From: Lutibacter sp.
GTDB taxonomy: Bacteria; Bacteroidota; Bacteroidia; Flavobacteriales; Flavobacteriaceae
Direction: 5' to 3' (one strand)
Assembly (NCBI RefSeq): GCF_021647265.1
Contig: NZ_JAKIVA010000004.1
Length of the DNA: 64,000 nt
Under the pieces are notes generated by a model. It had not been told where the DNA came from and did no database searches. It saw only the letters and a list, made by a program, of their open reading frames with translations. The position numbers and the translations under genes are program-made. The stretch's first letter is position 1. Every line of letters begins with the position of its first letter. Below, piece after piece: positions 37,607 through 48,196 of the stretch.

Positions 37607-38848
37607 TTAGTGCTTAATTTCTTTAATGGCTTCAGGATTGTGCTTGTATTTAAAAATAAGACTAAATACAATGGCTAAAATTAAAGCATAAGCTGCAAAC
37701 ACTAGCCAAATACTAAGCCAGTCTCTACCTGTTTCTGTAGTGAAATGTTGTACTACAAAACCACTACCCATACCTCCCAAAACAGCTCCAACACCGTTGG
37801 TTAGTAGTACAAATAAACCTTGAGCACTTCCTCTATATTTACTATCTGTTTCGGTTTCAATAAATAAAGAACCTGAAATGTTAAAGAAATCAAAGGCAGC
37901 TCCATAAACCACCATAGACATAATTAAATATCCTAAACCTATACCTTCTGGTGCTGCTACACCAAATAAACCGAAACGTAAAAACCATGCAAGCATACTC
38001 ATAATCATCACGGTTTTAATTCCAAACCTTTTTAAGAAAAAAGGAATTGTTAAAATAAATAATGTTTCAGAAACTTGAGATAGGGCAATTATGGTATTTG
38101 AATTTGTTACAGCAAATGAATTGGGATAATCAGCAGTAAAACTTCTTAAAAATTCAGAAGCCCAGGCATTTGAAATTTGTAAAACAACTCCTAGCAAAGT
38201 AGCAAATATGAAGAAAACAGCCATTTTATATTCTTTAAATAAAGCAAAAGCATCTAACCCTAAACGTTGTGTTAAGGATTTGTTTTCAGATTTTGATAAT
38301 GGCACATTAGGAATTGTAAATGAATAAATTCCCATTAAAAGTGAAATTCCCATTGCAAAATAAAATTGCATATTGTTTTGTGCCCAACCAAGGGTACCAA
38401 CAGTTACCTCTGCAACTATAAACCCAATTGTTCCCCAAACACGTATCTTAGGAAATACTTTTATAATGTCAAGTTTATTAGAAGTTAAAATGCTGTAAGA
38501 AACAGTATTAGCCAAACCAAGTGTAGGCATATATACGGTTAGGTAACCTAACATCATCCAAAAGAAGGTATCAAAATCCTTTGTTTGCGCTAAGAAAAAC
38601 ATAAATCCAGCCCCAATAATATGTAATATTCCTAATAGTTTTTGTGCATTGAGATATTTATCTGCAATAATACCAACAATCCCTGGCATTACTAGTGAGG
38701 CTATGCCTAATGTTGTAAATATTTTACCAATTTGTATTCCTTCAAAATGAAGTTGTCCTCCTAAATAGCCACCCAATGATATAAGCCAAGCTCCAAAAAC
38801 AAATAATTCTAAAAAATTTAAAATTGTTAGGCGTAATTTTATATCCAT
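37607..38848 (-). CDS. MFS nucleoside permease (NupG / nucleoside:H+ symporter family)
   Basis: 413 aa with about 12 TM segments. The N-terminus KLRLTILNFLELFVFGAWLISLGGYL is typical of Nuc_H_symport proteins. Confidence 0.78.
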   Translation of the reverse strand: MDIKLRLTILNFLELFVFGAWLISLGGYLGGQLHFEGIQIGKIFTTLGIASLVMPGIVGIIADKYLNAQKLLGILHIIGAGFMFFLAQTKDFDTFFWMMLGYLTVYMPTLGLANTVSYSILTSNKLDIIKVFPKIRVWGTIGFIVAEVTVGTLGWAQNNMQFYFAMGISLLMGIYSFTIPNVPLSKSENKSLTQRLGLDAFALFKEYKMAVFFIFATLLGVVLQISNAWASEFLRSFTADYPNSFAVTNSNTIIALSQVSETLFILTIPFFLKRFGIKTVMIMSMLAWFLRFGLFGVAAPEGIGLGYLIMSMVVYGAAFDFFNISGSLFIETETDSKYRGSAQGLFVLLTNGVGAVLGGMGSGFVVQHFTTETGRDWLSIWLVFAAYALILAIVFSLIFKYKHNPEAIKEIKH

Positions 38849-38851
38849 ATT

Positions 38852-39454
38852 TTATGTTCTTTTATTTATTTCATCTCTAATTTTTGCTGCTAATTCATAA
38901 TTTTCCTGTTGAATAGCCTCATTTAATTTGTCATTTAATTGTTTCAAAGTATCTTTTGAAAATGAACTTTCTTTTTCTGGCTCGTCAATTAAGTTTTCAA
39001 TACTTAAAGGGTCATTTTCGGTAGCTAAATCGTCTTTCATTTTTAAATAAATACCAGCTTGGTCTAATATATTTTCATAGGTGAAAATTGGAGCGTTGAA
39101 ACGGGTTGCAAGTGCAATTGCATCAGAAGTTCTGGTGTCTATAATTTCTTCAATTTTATCCCGTTCACATATTAAACTTGAGAAGAATATTCCATCAACT
39201 AATTTATGAATAATAACTTGTTTAATAACAATGTGAAATCGATCTGCAAAAGTTTTAAAAAGGTCATGAGTTAGTGGGCGAGGAGGTTTAATTTCTTTTT
39301 CAAGAGCAATTGCTATTGATTGCGCCTCAAAGGCTCCAATAACAATAGGTAGGGTTCTTGACCCGTCTACTTCACTGAGAACTAGCGCGTAAGCCCCACT
39401 TTGTGTTTGGCTGTATGATATACCTTTAATATTTAAACGAACTAAACTACTCAT
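38852..39454 (-). CDS. Bifunctional nuclease family protein (DUF151) with a C-terminal UVR motif
   Basis: 200 aa. LPIVIGAFEAQSIAIALE....PRPLTHDL is the DUF151 pattern. The C-terminal ENYELAAKIRDEINKR is UVR-like. Confidence 0.8.
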   Translation of the reverse strand: MSSLVRLNIKGISYSQTQSGAYALVLSEVDGSRTLPIVIGAFEAQSIAIALEKEIKPPRPLTHDLFKTFADRFHIVIKQVIIHKLVDGIFFSSLICERDKIEEIIDTRTSDAIALATRFNAPIFTYENILDQAGIYLKMKDDLATENDPLSIENLIDEPEKESSFSKDTLKQLNDKLNEAIQQENYELAAKIRDEINKRT

Positions 39455-39466
39455 AAGTTAAAATTA

Positions 39467-39520
39467 GCAAAAAAGGCTATCTAATCAAAGGACTTTGATG
39501 TCCAATCATTAGACAGCCTT
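39467..39520 (-). terminator. Long hairpin terminator after etfA
   Basis: aaggctatctaat (39473-39485) pairs with attagacagcctt (39508-39520), 12 of 13 positions. An inner caaag..ctttg hairpin is present. The A-run at 39469-39474 gives a U-tract on the minus strand. Confidence 0.6.
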
Positions 39521-39545
39521 GTTTAAGAGGCACAATTTAATAAAA

Positions 39546-40508
39546 TTATGCGTTATTTGCTTTAAATTCTTTCAACTTTTCAATTAATTTTGGAACTACT
39601 TCAAAAGCATCTCCAACAATTCCATAATCAGCAGCTTTAAAGAAAGGAGCTTCGGGGTCTGTGTTAATCACAACTTTTACTTTAGATGAATTAACACCTG
39701 CCAAATGTTGAATTGCTCCTGAAATTCCAATAGCAATATAAAGGTTTGAAGCTACAGGTTTCCCTGTTTGGCCAACGTGTTCACTGTGAGGTCTCCAACC
39801 TAAATCAGATACTGGTTTAGAACAAGCTGTGGCAGCTCCTAATACAGCTGCTAAATCTTCTATTATTCCCCAGTTTTCAGGACCTTTCAATCCTCTACCG
39901 CCAGAAACTACAATATCAGCATCAGCAATGGTTACTTTACCTGTAGTTTGTTCTATAGATTGTGAGATAAGTGTACTTTCAATTAAAGAAGGTGAAAATT
40001 CTTCAACGGTACCTGAAACTTCGTTTTCATGCAAACCATAAGAATTTTTTGCTAACCCAATAACCTTAATTTCAGTAGTTATTTGTGTATTGTTAAATGC
40101 TTTGTTTGAAAAAGTTTTTCTTTTAATAGTGAATGGAGATACAGAACTTGGTAAAGCTACCACGTTACTTGCATAACCTGCATTTAAATCTACAGCAATT
40201 ATAGGTGCAAGATATAATCCATTTGCACTTGTGTCAATAATTATAACTTGTGCATTTTCTTTTTCAGCTGCTTGTTTAATAACATCAGCATAAACTTTAG
40301 CATTGAAAGTTTTTAAATTATCGTTTGATACGTTTAAAACTTTTTCTGCTCCGTATTTGTATAATTGTGTAGGTTCACTTGAGTTTATTGTTAATACTAC
40401 AATATTGGTTCCTAGTTGTTCTGCAACCTTTTTTCCGTATGAAGTTGCTTCAAAATTAGATTTTTTAAATTTTCCTTCCGATGTTTCGGCAAAAACTAAA
40501 ACTGACAT
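39546..40508 (-). CDS. etfA: Electron transfer flavoprotein subunit alpha
   Basis: 320 aa. VVSGGRGL, the FAD-binding C-terminus ...GQTGK.V.P.LYIA.GISGAIQH.AG and DP.AP.F. Confidence 0.92.
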   Translation of the reverse strand: MSVLVFAETSEGKFKKSNFEATSYGKKVAEQLGTNIVVLTINSSEPTQLYKYGAEKVLNVSNDNLKTFNAKVYADVIKQAAEKENAQVIIIDTSANGLYLAPIIAVDLNAGYASNVVALPSSVSPFTIKRKTFSNKAFNNTQITTEIKVIGLAKNSYGLHENEVSGTVEEFSPSLIESTLISQSIEQTTGKVTIADADIVVSGGRGLKGPENWGIIEDLAAVLGAATACSKPVSDLGWRPHSEHVGQTGKPVASNLYIAIGISGAIQHLAGVNSSKVKVVINTDPEAPFFKAADYGIVGDAFEVVPKLIEKLKEFKANNA

Positions 40509-40538
40509 ATATTTTTGAATCTTAGATTAAACAATAAA

Positions 40539-41285
40539 TTAAATTACTTTAGCTTCATTATGTAGTAAACTAATAAGCTCTTCTACATTATCTGCATCTA
40601 CAATTTTACAAGCAGATTTAGCAGCTTGTTTTTCAAATGAAACAATTGAGGTTGCTGGAGTACTATTTACAGGCTCTACAACAGTTAAAGGTTTTTTACG
40701 TGCCATCATAATACCTCGCATATTAGGAATACGTAAATCTTTTTCTTCAACCAATCCTTTTTGTCCTGCAATAATTAAAGGTAAACCAGATGTAAGTACT
40801 TCTTTTCCACCATCAATTTCACGAGAAATAGTAGCCTTATCTCCATCAATATCAAGTCCAATACAAGCATTTACAAAATTGTAATCTAAAATAGCTGCAA
40901 GCATGCCAGGGACCATTTCACCATTATAGTCTATAGATTCTCTACCTGCAAGTATCAAATCATAACCTCCATTTTTAACAACTTCGGCTAGCTCTTTGGC
41001 AACGGCAAAACCGTCAGTAGCTTCAGTATTAACTCTAATAGCATCATCTGCACCTATGGCTAATGCTTTACGTAAAGTAGGTTCAGAAGCAACTGTTCCA
41101 ACGTTTACTACAGTTACTGTAGCTCCTTGTTTCTCTTTAAACCACATTGCCCTTGTTAGGGCAAACTCATCAAAAGGGTTTATAACAAATTGCACGCCAT
41201 TCGTATCAAATTTAGAATCATTTTCAGTAAAATTTATCTTTGAAGTAGTGTCTGGAACGTGACTAATACAAACTAATATTTTCAT
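40539..41285 (-). CDS. etfB: Electron transfer flavoprotein subunit beta
   Basis: 248 aa. MKILVCISHVPDTTSKI......NPFDE.A...A and DLILAGRESIDYN. Confidence 0.92.
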   Translation of the reverse strand: MKILVCISHVPDTTSKINFTENDSKFDTNGVQFVINPFDEFALTRAMWFKEKQGATVTVVNVGTVASEPTLRKALAIGADDAIRVNTEATDGFAVAKELAEVVKNGGYDLILAGRESIDYNGEMVPGMLAAILDYNFVNACIGLDIDGDKATISREIDGGKEVLTSGLPLIIAGQKGLVEEKDLRIPNMRGIMMARKKPLTVVEPVNSTPATSIVSFEKQAAKSACKIVDADNVEELISLLHNEAKVI

Positions 41286-41362
41286 ATCATTACTTATTTT
41301 AAATATTTGATGTAAAATTAAATCGCTTTTTAATAATTGCTACGAATATACTACTTTTTTTT

Positions 41363-41388
41363 AAAATACTATGCACGCATAGTATTTT
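41363..41388. promoter_or_regulatory. Perfect 12+12 palindrome flanked by T-runs in the etfB / pdhB divergent intergenic region
   Basis: aaaatactatgc-ac-gcatagtatttt, preceded by T8 and followed by T4. Confidence 0.4.
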
Positions 41389-41428
41389 TTTTAATATAAT
41401 ATATGTTGATTCTAATTTTAGAAATGCT

Positions 41429-41436
41429 TACTTTTG
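41429..41436 (+). promoter_or_regulatory. TAnnTTTG -7 box upstream of pdhB
   Basis: tacttttg, 22 nt upstream of the ATG at 41458, with a TTG at 41405-41407. Motif match only. Confidence 0.4.
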
Positions 41437-41457
41437 CAAATCTTAAAATAAGATAAA

Positions 41458-42438
41458 ATGAAGACGATACAATTTAGAGAAGCTATATGTGAAGCAATGA
41501 GCGAAGAAATGCGTAGAGATGAAACTATTTTCTTAATAGGTGAAGAGGTTGCAGAGTATAATGGTGCTTACAAAGCTTCAAAAGGAATGTTAGATGAATT
41601 TGGAGCAAAACGCGTTATAGATTCTCCAATTGCAGAATTAGGGTTTACTGGTATTTCGGTTGGTGCTGCTATGAATGGAAACAGACCAATTGTTGAGTTT
41701 ATGACTTTTAATTTTTCTTTGGTAGGAATAGATCAAATTATAAATAATGCAGCAAAAATCAGACAAATGTCTGGAGGGCAATTAAACTGCCCAATTGTAT
41801 TTAGAGGCCCAACAGGTTCAGCAGGTCAATTAGGTGCTACACATTCGCAAGCTTTTGAAAATTGGTATGCTAATACACCTGGTTTAAAAGTAATTATTCC
41901 TTCAAACCCGTATGATGCTAAAGGTTTATTAAAAGCAGCAATTAGAGATGATGATCCTGTTATTTTTATGGAATCAGAACAAATGTATGGAGATAAAATG
42001 GAAATACCCGAAGGAGAATATATCATTCCAATTGGTGTTGCAGACATCAAAAGAGAGGGTAATGATGTAACAATTGTTTCTTTTGGAAAAATAATTAAAG
42101 AGGCATACAAAGCTGCTGATATTTTAGAAAAAGAAGGAATATCAGTTGAAATATTGGATATGCGTACGATAAGACCAATGGATTTTGAAGCAATTTTTAC
42201 TTCAGTTAAAAAAACGAATAGGTTGGTTATTTTGGAGGAATCTTGGCCTTTTGCTAGCATTTCTTCTGAAATCACATTTCAAGTACAAGAAAATGTATTT
42301 GATTTTTTAGATGCTCCAATTAAAAGAATTACTACTGCTGATACACCAGCTCCATATTCACCAGTTTTATTAGAAGAATGGTTACCAAACTTTAATGATG
42401 TGGTGAATGCTGTTAAAGAGGTGATGTACGTAAAATAA
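41458..42438 (+). CDS. pdhB: Pyruvate (2-oxoacid) dehydrogenase E1 component beta subunit
   Basis: 326 aa. REA...AM.EEM..D..IFL.GEEV..Y.GAYK.S.G....FG..RV.D.PI.E transketolase-like pyrimidine-binding and C-terminal domains. Confidence 0.9.
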   Translation: MKTIQFREAICEAMSEEMRRDETIFLIGEEVAEYNGAYKASKGMLDEFGAKRVIDSPIAELGFTGISVGAAMNGNRPIVEFMTFNFSLVGIDQIINNAAKIRQMSGGQLNCPIVFRGPTGSAGQLGATHSQAFENWYANTPGLKVIIPSNPYDAKGLLKAAIRDDDPVIFMESEQMYGDKMEIPEGEYIIPIGVADIKREGNDVTIVSFGKIIKEAYKAADILEKEGISVEILDMRTIRPMDFEAIFTSVKKTNRLVILEESWPFASISSEITFQVQENVFDFLDAPIKRITTADTPAPYSPVLLEEWLPNFNDVVNAVKEVMYVK

Positions 42439-42499
42439 TGGTATAAAATTTGCGTTATAAGTTCCTTTCAAGTTAACCTTGAAAGGTTTTTTTATGATA

Positions 42500-44995
42500 A
42501 TGAAAAAAGTTAGTTTTTTAAATCTTATGTTTTTACTCACCTACTCAGTGGGTTTTACTCAGGTAAAAGTAAGTGGTGTTGTGAAAGACGAACACAACGA
42601 AACAGTTCCTTTTGCAAACATTGTTTTTGTGGGCTCAAATACCGGAACAGTTTCAGATGAAAATGGAAAATTTTACCTAGAATCTGATAAAACATATAAG
42701 CAAATAGAAGTTTCTTTTTTAGGTTTTGAAACTAAAACACTTCCAATAAAAAGTAGAGACTTTAATTTAACTATAATTTTAAAAGAAGAAGCTTCACAAT
42801 TAAAAGAAGTATTTATTTATTCAGGAAAAATAAAGAAAAAAGGAAATCCCGCAATAGCTATTTTAAAAAAAATATGGGCTAAAAAACGTCAAAATGGAAT
42901 TTATTTATTTGATCAATACGAATATAAAAAATATGAAAAATTAGAATTTGATCTAAACAATGTTGATAGTGTTATGAAAAAAAGCAAACTATTTAAAGGA
43001 ATGGAGTTTGTTTTTGAAGGAATTGATACATCAAGAATTACAGGGAAAGCCTTTTTGCCAATATTTATTAATGAATCAGTTTATAAATCTTATGGTAAAA
43101 ATAAAGGAGGAAAAAAACTACGTGAAGATTTAATAGCTAATAAAAATTCAGGATTTGATACAAATCAAAATGTAATTGCATTTATTAAAGATTTATATGT
43201 CGATTATAATATTTATGATAGTTACATTAAAATTTTTGATAAAAGTTTTGTGAGTCCAATTTCAAAGGCTTCAGGTGTCTCTACCTATAATTACGTATTA
43301 GCTGATAGTGCATTTATAGACAATAAATGGTGCTATAACATTCTGTATTATCCCCGTAGGAAAAACGAATTAACTTTTAAAGGTGATTTTTGGGTTAATG
43401 ATACCACATTTGCAGTAAAAGAAATTAATATGCAGGCAACTAGAAGCGCCAATATTAATTGGGTAAAAGATATTTATATTGAGCAAGAATTTCAAGTATT
43501 AAACGATTCGGTATTTTTATTGAAACGAGATTATATGCTGTCAGATTTTAGCTTGAATAAAAAAGAAAAATCAAAAGGAATGTATGGTAGAAGAACTACC
43601 ATGTATAAAGATTATAAATTTAATGAAGTTAAAGAAGAAAAGTTTTATTCTAAAAAAGTAAATGTTTATGATGATAATATTTATAATAAAACAACCGATT
43701 ATTGGAATGAAAATAGACAAGAGAAATTAAATAAAAATGAACAAGGTATTTATAAGATGTTAGATACCTTAAAAACAGTACCTAAATTTAAACAAATATA
43801 CAATCTGGTTTCAATTTTGGGGTCAGGTTATATTGAACTTAATAATTTTGACTTTGGACCCATTTATTCCACATTTGGAACAAATGATGTAGAAGGAATG
43901 AGATTGCGCGTTGGAGGACGAACATTTTTTGGCAGTAACGATACTTGGCGAATTCAAGCGTATACTGCTTACGGGTTTAAAGATGATAAATTTAAATATG
44001 GTGTTTCAGGAAAATGGATGCTCAATCCAAAAAGCAGATTTATAATTGGAGTAGGAAATAGAAGAGATATTGAGCAAATAGGTGTTAGTTTAACAACTAC
44101 AAATGATATTTTAGGACGTAGTTTCGCATCTTCTTCATTTTTTGCAAGTGGTGATAATAGTAAATTAACCTCCATAAACTTATCTAATGTTTTTATGTCT
44201 TTAGAGTCAAAACACAATTTAGAATTTAAGTTAGGAGCTTCTTTTAGAACCTTAAAATCGGCTTCACCAGAAACTTTTAATTTAGATTATTGGATTGATA
44301 AAGAAAATAACAGTAAGAAATCTGAAGTAACACAATCTGAATTCAATTTTTCTATAAGATACAGACCAAATAGAAAAACGATAGGTTATGGTGTAGAACG
44401 AAATGAAGTTACAGACACCTATTCAACGTTGTTTTTAAACTACTCCAGAGGTATAAAAGGAGTATTTAATAGTGATTTTGATTATCAAAAAGTGCAATTT
44501 TACTATAGGCAACCCATACTAATAGGTGGGTTTGGTAGAATGTTTACAACCTTTGAAGTAGGGAAAACTTTTGGAGAAGTGCCACTAGGTTTGCTAAGTG
44601 TGGTACCGGGAAATCAATCATATTTTACCATTGAAAATACCTACGCATTATTAAATTACTATGAATTTGTAACAGATACCTATGCTTCTTTACACATAGA
44701 ACACAATTTTAATGGAAGGCTGTTTTCTAGAATTCCATTGCTAAGAAAATTAAACTTAAGAGAAATCATAGGAGTAAAGGGTGTTTTAGGAAGTATCTCA
44801 GATGAAAATAGAGCATTAAATGCTTCGAGTACTATTAATTATATAGCACCTACAAAAGGGTATTATGAATATAGTGTTGGTGTTGGAAATATTTTTAAAG
44901 TTTTTAGAATAGATTTTAGCTGGAGAGGAAATTATAAAGAGATACCAGGAGCAACTAATTTTACAGTGAAAGGAGCCTTTGGTTTCTATTTTTAA
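42500..44995 (+). CDS. Carboxypeptidase-regulatory-like domain plus DUF5686 outer membrane protein
   Basis: Start moved to MKKVSFLNLMFLL (ATG 42500). VKVSGVVKDEHNETVPFANIVFVGSNTGTVSDENGKFYLES is a CarbopepD_reg-type domain. The long C-terminal beta-rich region ends ...KGAFGFYF. Confidence 0.78.
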   Translation: MKKVSFLNLMFLLTYSVGFTQVKVSGVVKDEHNETVPFANIVFVGSNTGTVSDENGKFYLESDKTYKQIEVSFLGFETKTLPIKSRDFNLTIILKEEASQLKEVFIYSGKIKKKGNPAIAILKKIWAKKRQNGIYLFDQYEYKKYEKLEFDLNNVDSVMKKSKLFKGMEFVFEGIDTSRITGKAFLPIFINESVYKSYGKNKGGKKLREDLIANKNSGFDTNQNVIAFIKDLYVDYNIYDSYIKIFDKSFVSPISKASGVSTYNYVLADSAFIDNKWCYNILYYPRRKNELTFKGDFWVNDTTFAVKEINMQATRSANINWVKDIYIEQEFQVLNDSVFLLKRDYMLSDFSLNKKEKSKGMYGRRTTMYKDYKFNEVKEEKFYSKKVNVYDDNIYNKTTDYWNENRQEKLNKNEQGIYKMLDTLKTVPKFKQIYNLVSILGSGYIELNNFDFGPIYSTFGTNDVEGMRLRVGGRTFFGSNDTWRIQAYTAYGFKDDKFKYGVSGKWMLNPKSRFIIGVGNRRDIEQIGVSLTTTNDILGRSFASSSFFASGDNSKLTSINLSNVFMSLESKHNLEFKLGASFRTLKSASPETFNLDYWIDKENNSKKSEVTQSEFNFSIRYRPNRKTIGYGVERNEVTDTYSTLFLNYSRGIKGVFNSDFDYQKVQFYYRQPILIGGFGRMFTTFEVGKTFGEVPLGLLSVVPGNQSYFTIENTYALLNYYEFVTDTYASLHIEHNFNGRLFSRIPLLRKLNLREIIGVKGVLGSISDENRALNASSTINYIAPTKGYYEYSVGVGNIFKVFRIDFSWRGNYKEIPGATNFTVKGAFGFYF

Positions 44996-45032
44996 AGTAC
45001 AGAATAATTAAAGTTGTACATATTAAATTATG

Positions 45033-45040
45033 TACTTTTG
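45033..45040 (+). promoter_or_regulatory. TAnnTTTG -7 box upstream of ppa
   Basis: tacttttg, 25 nt upstream of the ATG at 45065. Motif match only. Confidence 0.4.
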
Positions 45041-45064
45041 TAAAAAAAATATATAAAAAGAAAA

Positions 45065-45592
45065 ATGAGTTTAAATAATGATAAAACGTTTGACGTATTA
45101 ATTGAAATACCAAAAGGGAGTAGAAATAAATATGAATATGATTTTGTATTGAACAAAATTAGATTTGATAGAATGTTATTTTCATCAATGATGTACCCAG
45201 GAGATTATGGTTTTATACCTGAAACATTGGCATTAGACAAAGACCCGTTAGATGTTTTGGTATTGGGAACAGAACCAACATTTCCTATGTGTGTAATGGA
45301 AGTTAAAGCTATAGGAGTTTTTCATATGACTGATGAAAAAGGCCCTGATGAAAAAATAATTTGTGTACCAGTTTCTGATCCCATTTGGAATCAGTTGAAT
45401 GATATTTCCGATATGAACCCTCATCAAGTAAAAGAAATTGAACATTTTTTTCAAGTTTATAAAGACTTAGAAGAAAAAAAAGTAGATGTTGGAGGCTGGG
45501 GAGATGTTAAAAAGGCCTATGAAATTGTAAGAAAATGTACAGAACGTTATGAATTAAGTGAGCACAAAAAAAAGAGAACATTTACAATTTAA
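45065..45592 (+). CDS. ppa: Soluble inorganic pyrophosphatase (family I)
   Basis: 175 aa. IEIPKGSRNKYEYD, YP.DYGFIP.TL..D.DPLDVLVL. Confidence 0.93.
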   Translation: MSLNNDKTFDVLIEIPKGSRNKYEYDFVLNKIRFDRMLFSSMMYPGDYGFIPETLALDKDPLDVLVLGTEPTFPMCVMEVKAIGVFHMTDEKGPDEKIICVPVSDPIWNQLNDISDMNPHQVKEIEHFFQVYKDLEEKKVDVGGWGDVKKAYEIVRKCTERYELSEHKKKRTFTI

Positions 45593-45600
45593 TAAATAAA

Positions 45601-45637
45601 AAACCACCTTTATTAAAATAGAAGGTGGTTTTTTTTA
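45601..45637 (+). terminator. Rho-independent terminator after ppa
   Basis: aaaccacctt (45601-45610), 11-nt loop, aaggtggttt (45622-45631), then a T-run to 45637. Confidence 0.75.
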
Positions 45638-45699
45638 TCTGTAATATTTTACTAATTTTAGCCGCACAAAAATTTAACTAATTAAACAAAAATAAATAA

Positions 45700-48087
45700 A
45701 TGGAATTAATAGTAAATTATTTACCACTTTTTGGAATTTTAGCATTGGTATTTGTATTTGTTAAAAATGCTTGGGTAACGAAACAAGAAGTAGGAAATAA
45801 ACGAATGGCTCAAATTGCAAAAAACATTTCAGATGGGTCTATGTCATTTCTTAAAGCAGAATACAAAGTGCTATCTGTTTTTGTAGTAGCTGTAGCAATT
45901 TTATTGTACTTTAAAGGAGAGTATGAAACAGGATCAAGTGGAATGGTTGCTCTATCATTTGTGGTAGGTGCAATTTGTTCAGCTTTAGCGGGCTTTATAG
46001 GAATGAAAGTAGCTACAAAAGCAAATGTTCGTACAACAAATGCTGCGAGAGAATCTTTAGGTAAAGCATTAGAAGTTGCTTTTGCAGGAGGTTCAGTAAT
46101 GGGATTAGGTGTTGTTGGATTAGGCGTTTTAGGATTAAGTTCATTATTTATGCTTTATAGCGGACAAGGATGGGATATTACAGAAATACTTAATGTACTT
46201 TCAGGGTTCTCTTTAGGAGCTTCATCAATTGCGTTATTTGCACGTGTTGGAGGAGGTATTTATACCAAGGCTGCTGATGTTGGTGCAGATTTAGTTGGTA
46301 AAGTTGAAGCTGGTATTCCTGAAGACCACCCTTTAAATCCTGCAACTATTGCAGATAATGTTGGGGATAACGTAGGAGATGTTGCTGGTATGGGAGCAGA
46401 TTTATTTGAATCGTATGTTGGGTCAATTATAGGTACAATGGTTTTAGGGGGGGCTTTTGTTGCATTACCTATTTTTAAAGAAAATGGTTTTGATGGGCTA
46501 GGACCTGTTTATTTGCCACTAGCTTTGGCGGCTGTTGGAATTGTAATGTCAATTATTGGAACTTTCTTTGTGAAAGTGAAAGATGGAGGAAACCCTCAAA
46601 CAGCATTAAATATTGGTGAATTTGGTTCGGCAGGTCTAATGGTAATTGCTTCTTATTTTATTATTGACCAAATGCTACCTGCATCATGGTCTTTTAATGG
46701 ATTTGAATATACTTCAATTGGTGTTTTTTGGGCAACCATTGCAGGTTTGGCAGCAGGTTTGGGAGTAGGGAAAATAACTGAGTATTACACAGCAACAGGT
46801 AAAAAACCTGTAAACGATATTGTAAGACAATCCGAAACAGGTGCAGCAACTAATATTATTGCTGGTTTAGGTGTGGGGATGATGTCAACTGCAATTCCAA
46901 TTTTATTAATTGCTACTGCCATATTAGTTTCACATCATTTTGCAGGTTTATATGGTATTGCAATCGCAGCCGTAGGAATGCTAGCAAATACAGGAATTCA
47001 GTTAGCAGTTGATGCTTATGGACCAATTTCTGACAATGCCGGTGGTATTGCTGAAATGGCTGAATTACCTAAAGAAGTACGTGAACGTACTGATAAATTA
47101 GATGCTGTAGGAAATACAACAGCCGCCATAGGAAAAGGGTTTGCTATTGCTTCAGCAGCTTTAACGGCATTGGCATTATTTGCAGCGTTTATGCAAACAG
47201 CTCATGTTACTTCAATAGACGTTTCAAAACCACAAATTATGGCTGGACTCTTAGTAGGAGGAATGTTACCATTTGTGTTTTCAGCTTTATCAATGAATGC
47301 AGTAGGCCGTGCAGCAATGGCTATGATTGAAGAAGTGCGTCGTCAATTTAAAGAAATTCCACAATTAAAAGCTGCTTTGGAAGTGATGCGTAAACATGAT
47401 TCAGATATGTCTAAAGCTTCAGCAGAAGAAAGAAAAATATTTGATGCTGCTGATGGTGTTGCTGATTATGAAAAATGTATTGATATTTCAACAAAAGCTT
47501 CAATAAAAGAAATGATATTACCTGGGTTACTAGCGTTAGCAGCTCCAGTTTCAGTTGGATTTATTGGAGGCGCTGAAATGTTAGGAGGTTTATTAGCAGG
47601 TGTTACTACAACAGGTGTATTAATGGCAATTTTTCAATCAAATGCAGGTGGAGCTTGGGATAACGCTAAAAAAATGATTGAAGAAAAAGGACTTAAAGGA
47701 ACAGATACTCATAAAGCTGCTGTAGTAGGAGATACTGTTGGAGACCCTTTTAAAGATACATCAGGACCTTCGTTAAATATTTTATTAAAATTAATGTCGG
47801 TGGTTGCTTTGGTAATTGCACCAAGTATTGCTCTAGATACTGTTGAAATTGCGGCTTATTCAAATGAAAAAGCTGCGACTGAAATGGTTGTAAAAGAATC
47901 ATTTAAGCAAGTAGAGGTTGCAATGAATACAAACGATGATGGTACTGTAAAAGCTACAGTTATTACTACAATTACTAAAAATGGTAAAACCACCTCTGAA
48001 GAAAAAGTTTTTGAAGGAACTGCAGCGGAAGTGAAAGCACAATTGGAAGTAATGAAAGGAGTTAACGTTAATGTAATAAAAGAGTAA
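45700..48087 (+). CDS. hppA: Membrane-integral pyrophosphatase, K+-dependent, Na+-translocating type by motif
   Basis: 795 aa. [24 protein letters not shown] (Glu in the DLFES position) and [13 protein letters not shown] (Ala at the K+-dependence position). A hydrophilic tail of about 85 aa follows the last TM segment. Confidence 0.9.
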   Translation: MELIVNYLPLFGILALVFVFVKNAWVTKQEVGNKRMAQIAKNISDGSMSFLKAEYKVLSVFVVAVAILLYFKGEYETGSSGMVALSFVVGAICSALAGFIGMKVATKANVRTTNAARESLGKALEVAFAGGSVMGLGVVGLGVLGLSSLFMLYSGQGWDITEILNVLSGFSLGASSIALFARVGGGIYTKAADVGADLVGKVEAGIPEDHPLNPATIADNVGDNVGDVAGMGADLFESYVGSIIGTMVLGGAFVALPIFKENGFDGLGPVYLPLALAAVGIVMSIIGTFFVKVKDGGNPQTALNIGEFGSAGLMVIASYFIIDQMLPASWSFNGFEYTSIGVFWATIAGLAAGLGVGKITEYYTATGKKPVNDIVRQSETGAATNIIAGLGVGMMSTAIPILLIATAILVSHHFAGLYGIAIAAVGMLANTGIQLAVDAYGPISDNAGGIAEMAELPKEVRERTDKLDAVGNTTAAIGKGFAIASAALTALALFAAFMQTAHVTSIDVSKPQIMAGLLVGGMLPFVFSALSMNAVGRAAMAMIEEVRRQFKEIPQLKAALEVMRKHDSDMSKASAEERKIFDAADGVADYEKCIDISTKASIKEMILPGLLALAAPVSVGFIGGAEMLGGLLAGVTTTGVLMAIFQSNAGGAWDNAKKMIEEKGLKGTDTHKAAVVGDTVGDPFKDTSGPSLNILLKLMSVVALVIAPSIALDTVEIAAYSNEKAATEMVVKESFKQVEVAMNTNDDGTVKATVITTITKNGKTTSEEKVFEGTAAEVKAQLEVMKGVNVNVIKE

Positions 48088-48131
48088 ATAGAAGAAATTG
48101 TTAACGAAAATTAATTGACAATTTAATATAT

Positions 48132-48160
48132 AAAAAAACTCGCCATTGGCGAGTTTTTTG
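48132..48160. terminator. Bidirectional rho-independent terminator between hppA and the deoxynucleoside kinase gene
   Basis: A-run, ctcgcc (48139-48144), loop att, ggcgag (48148-48153), then T6. Confidence 0.75.
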
Positions 48161-48196
48161 TTTTTATATATAGTCTAAATTTTATAGCCTAAAAAA

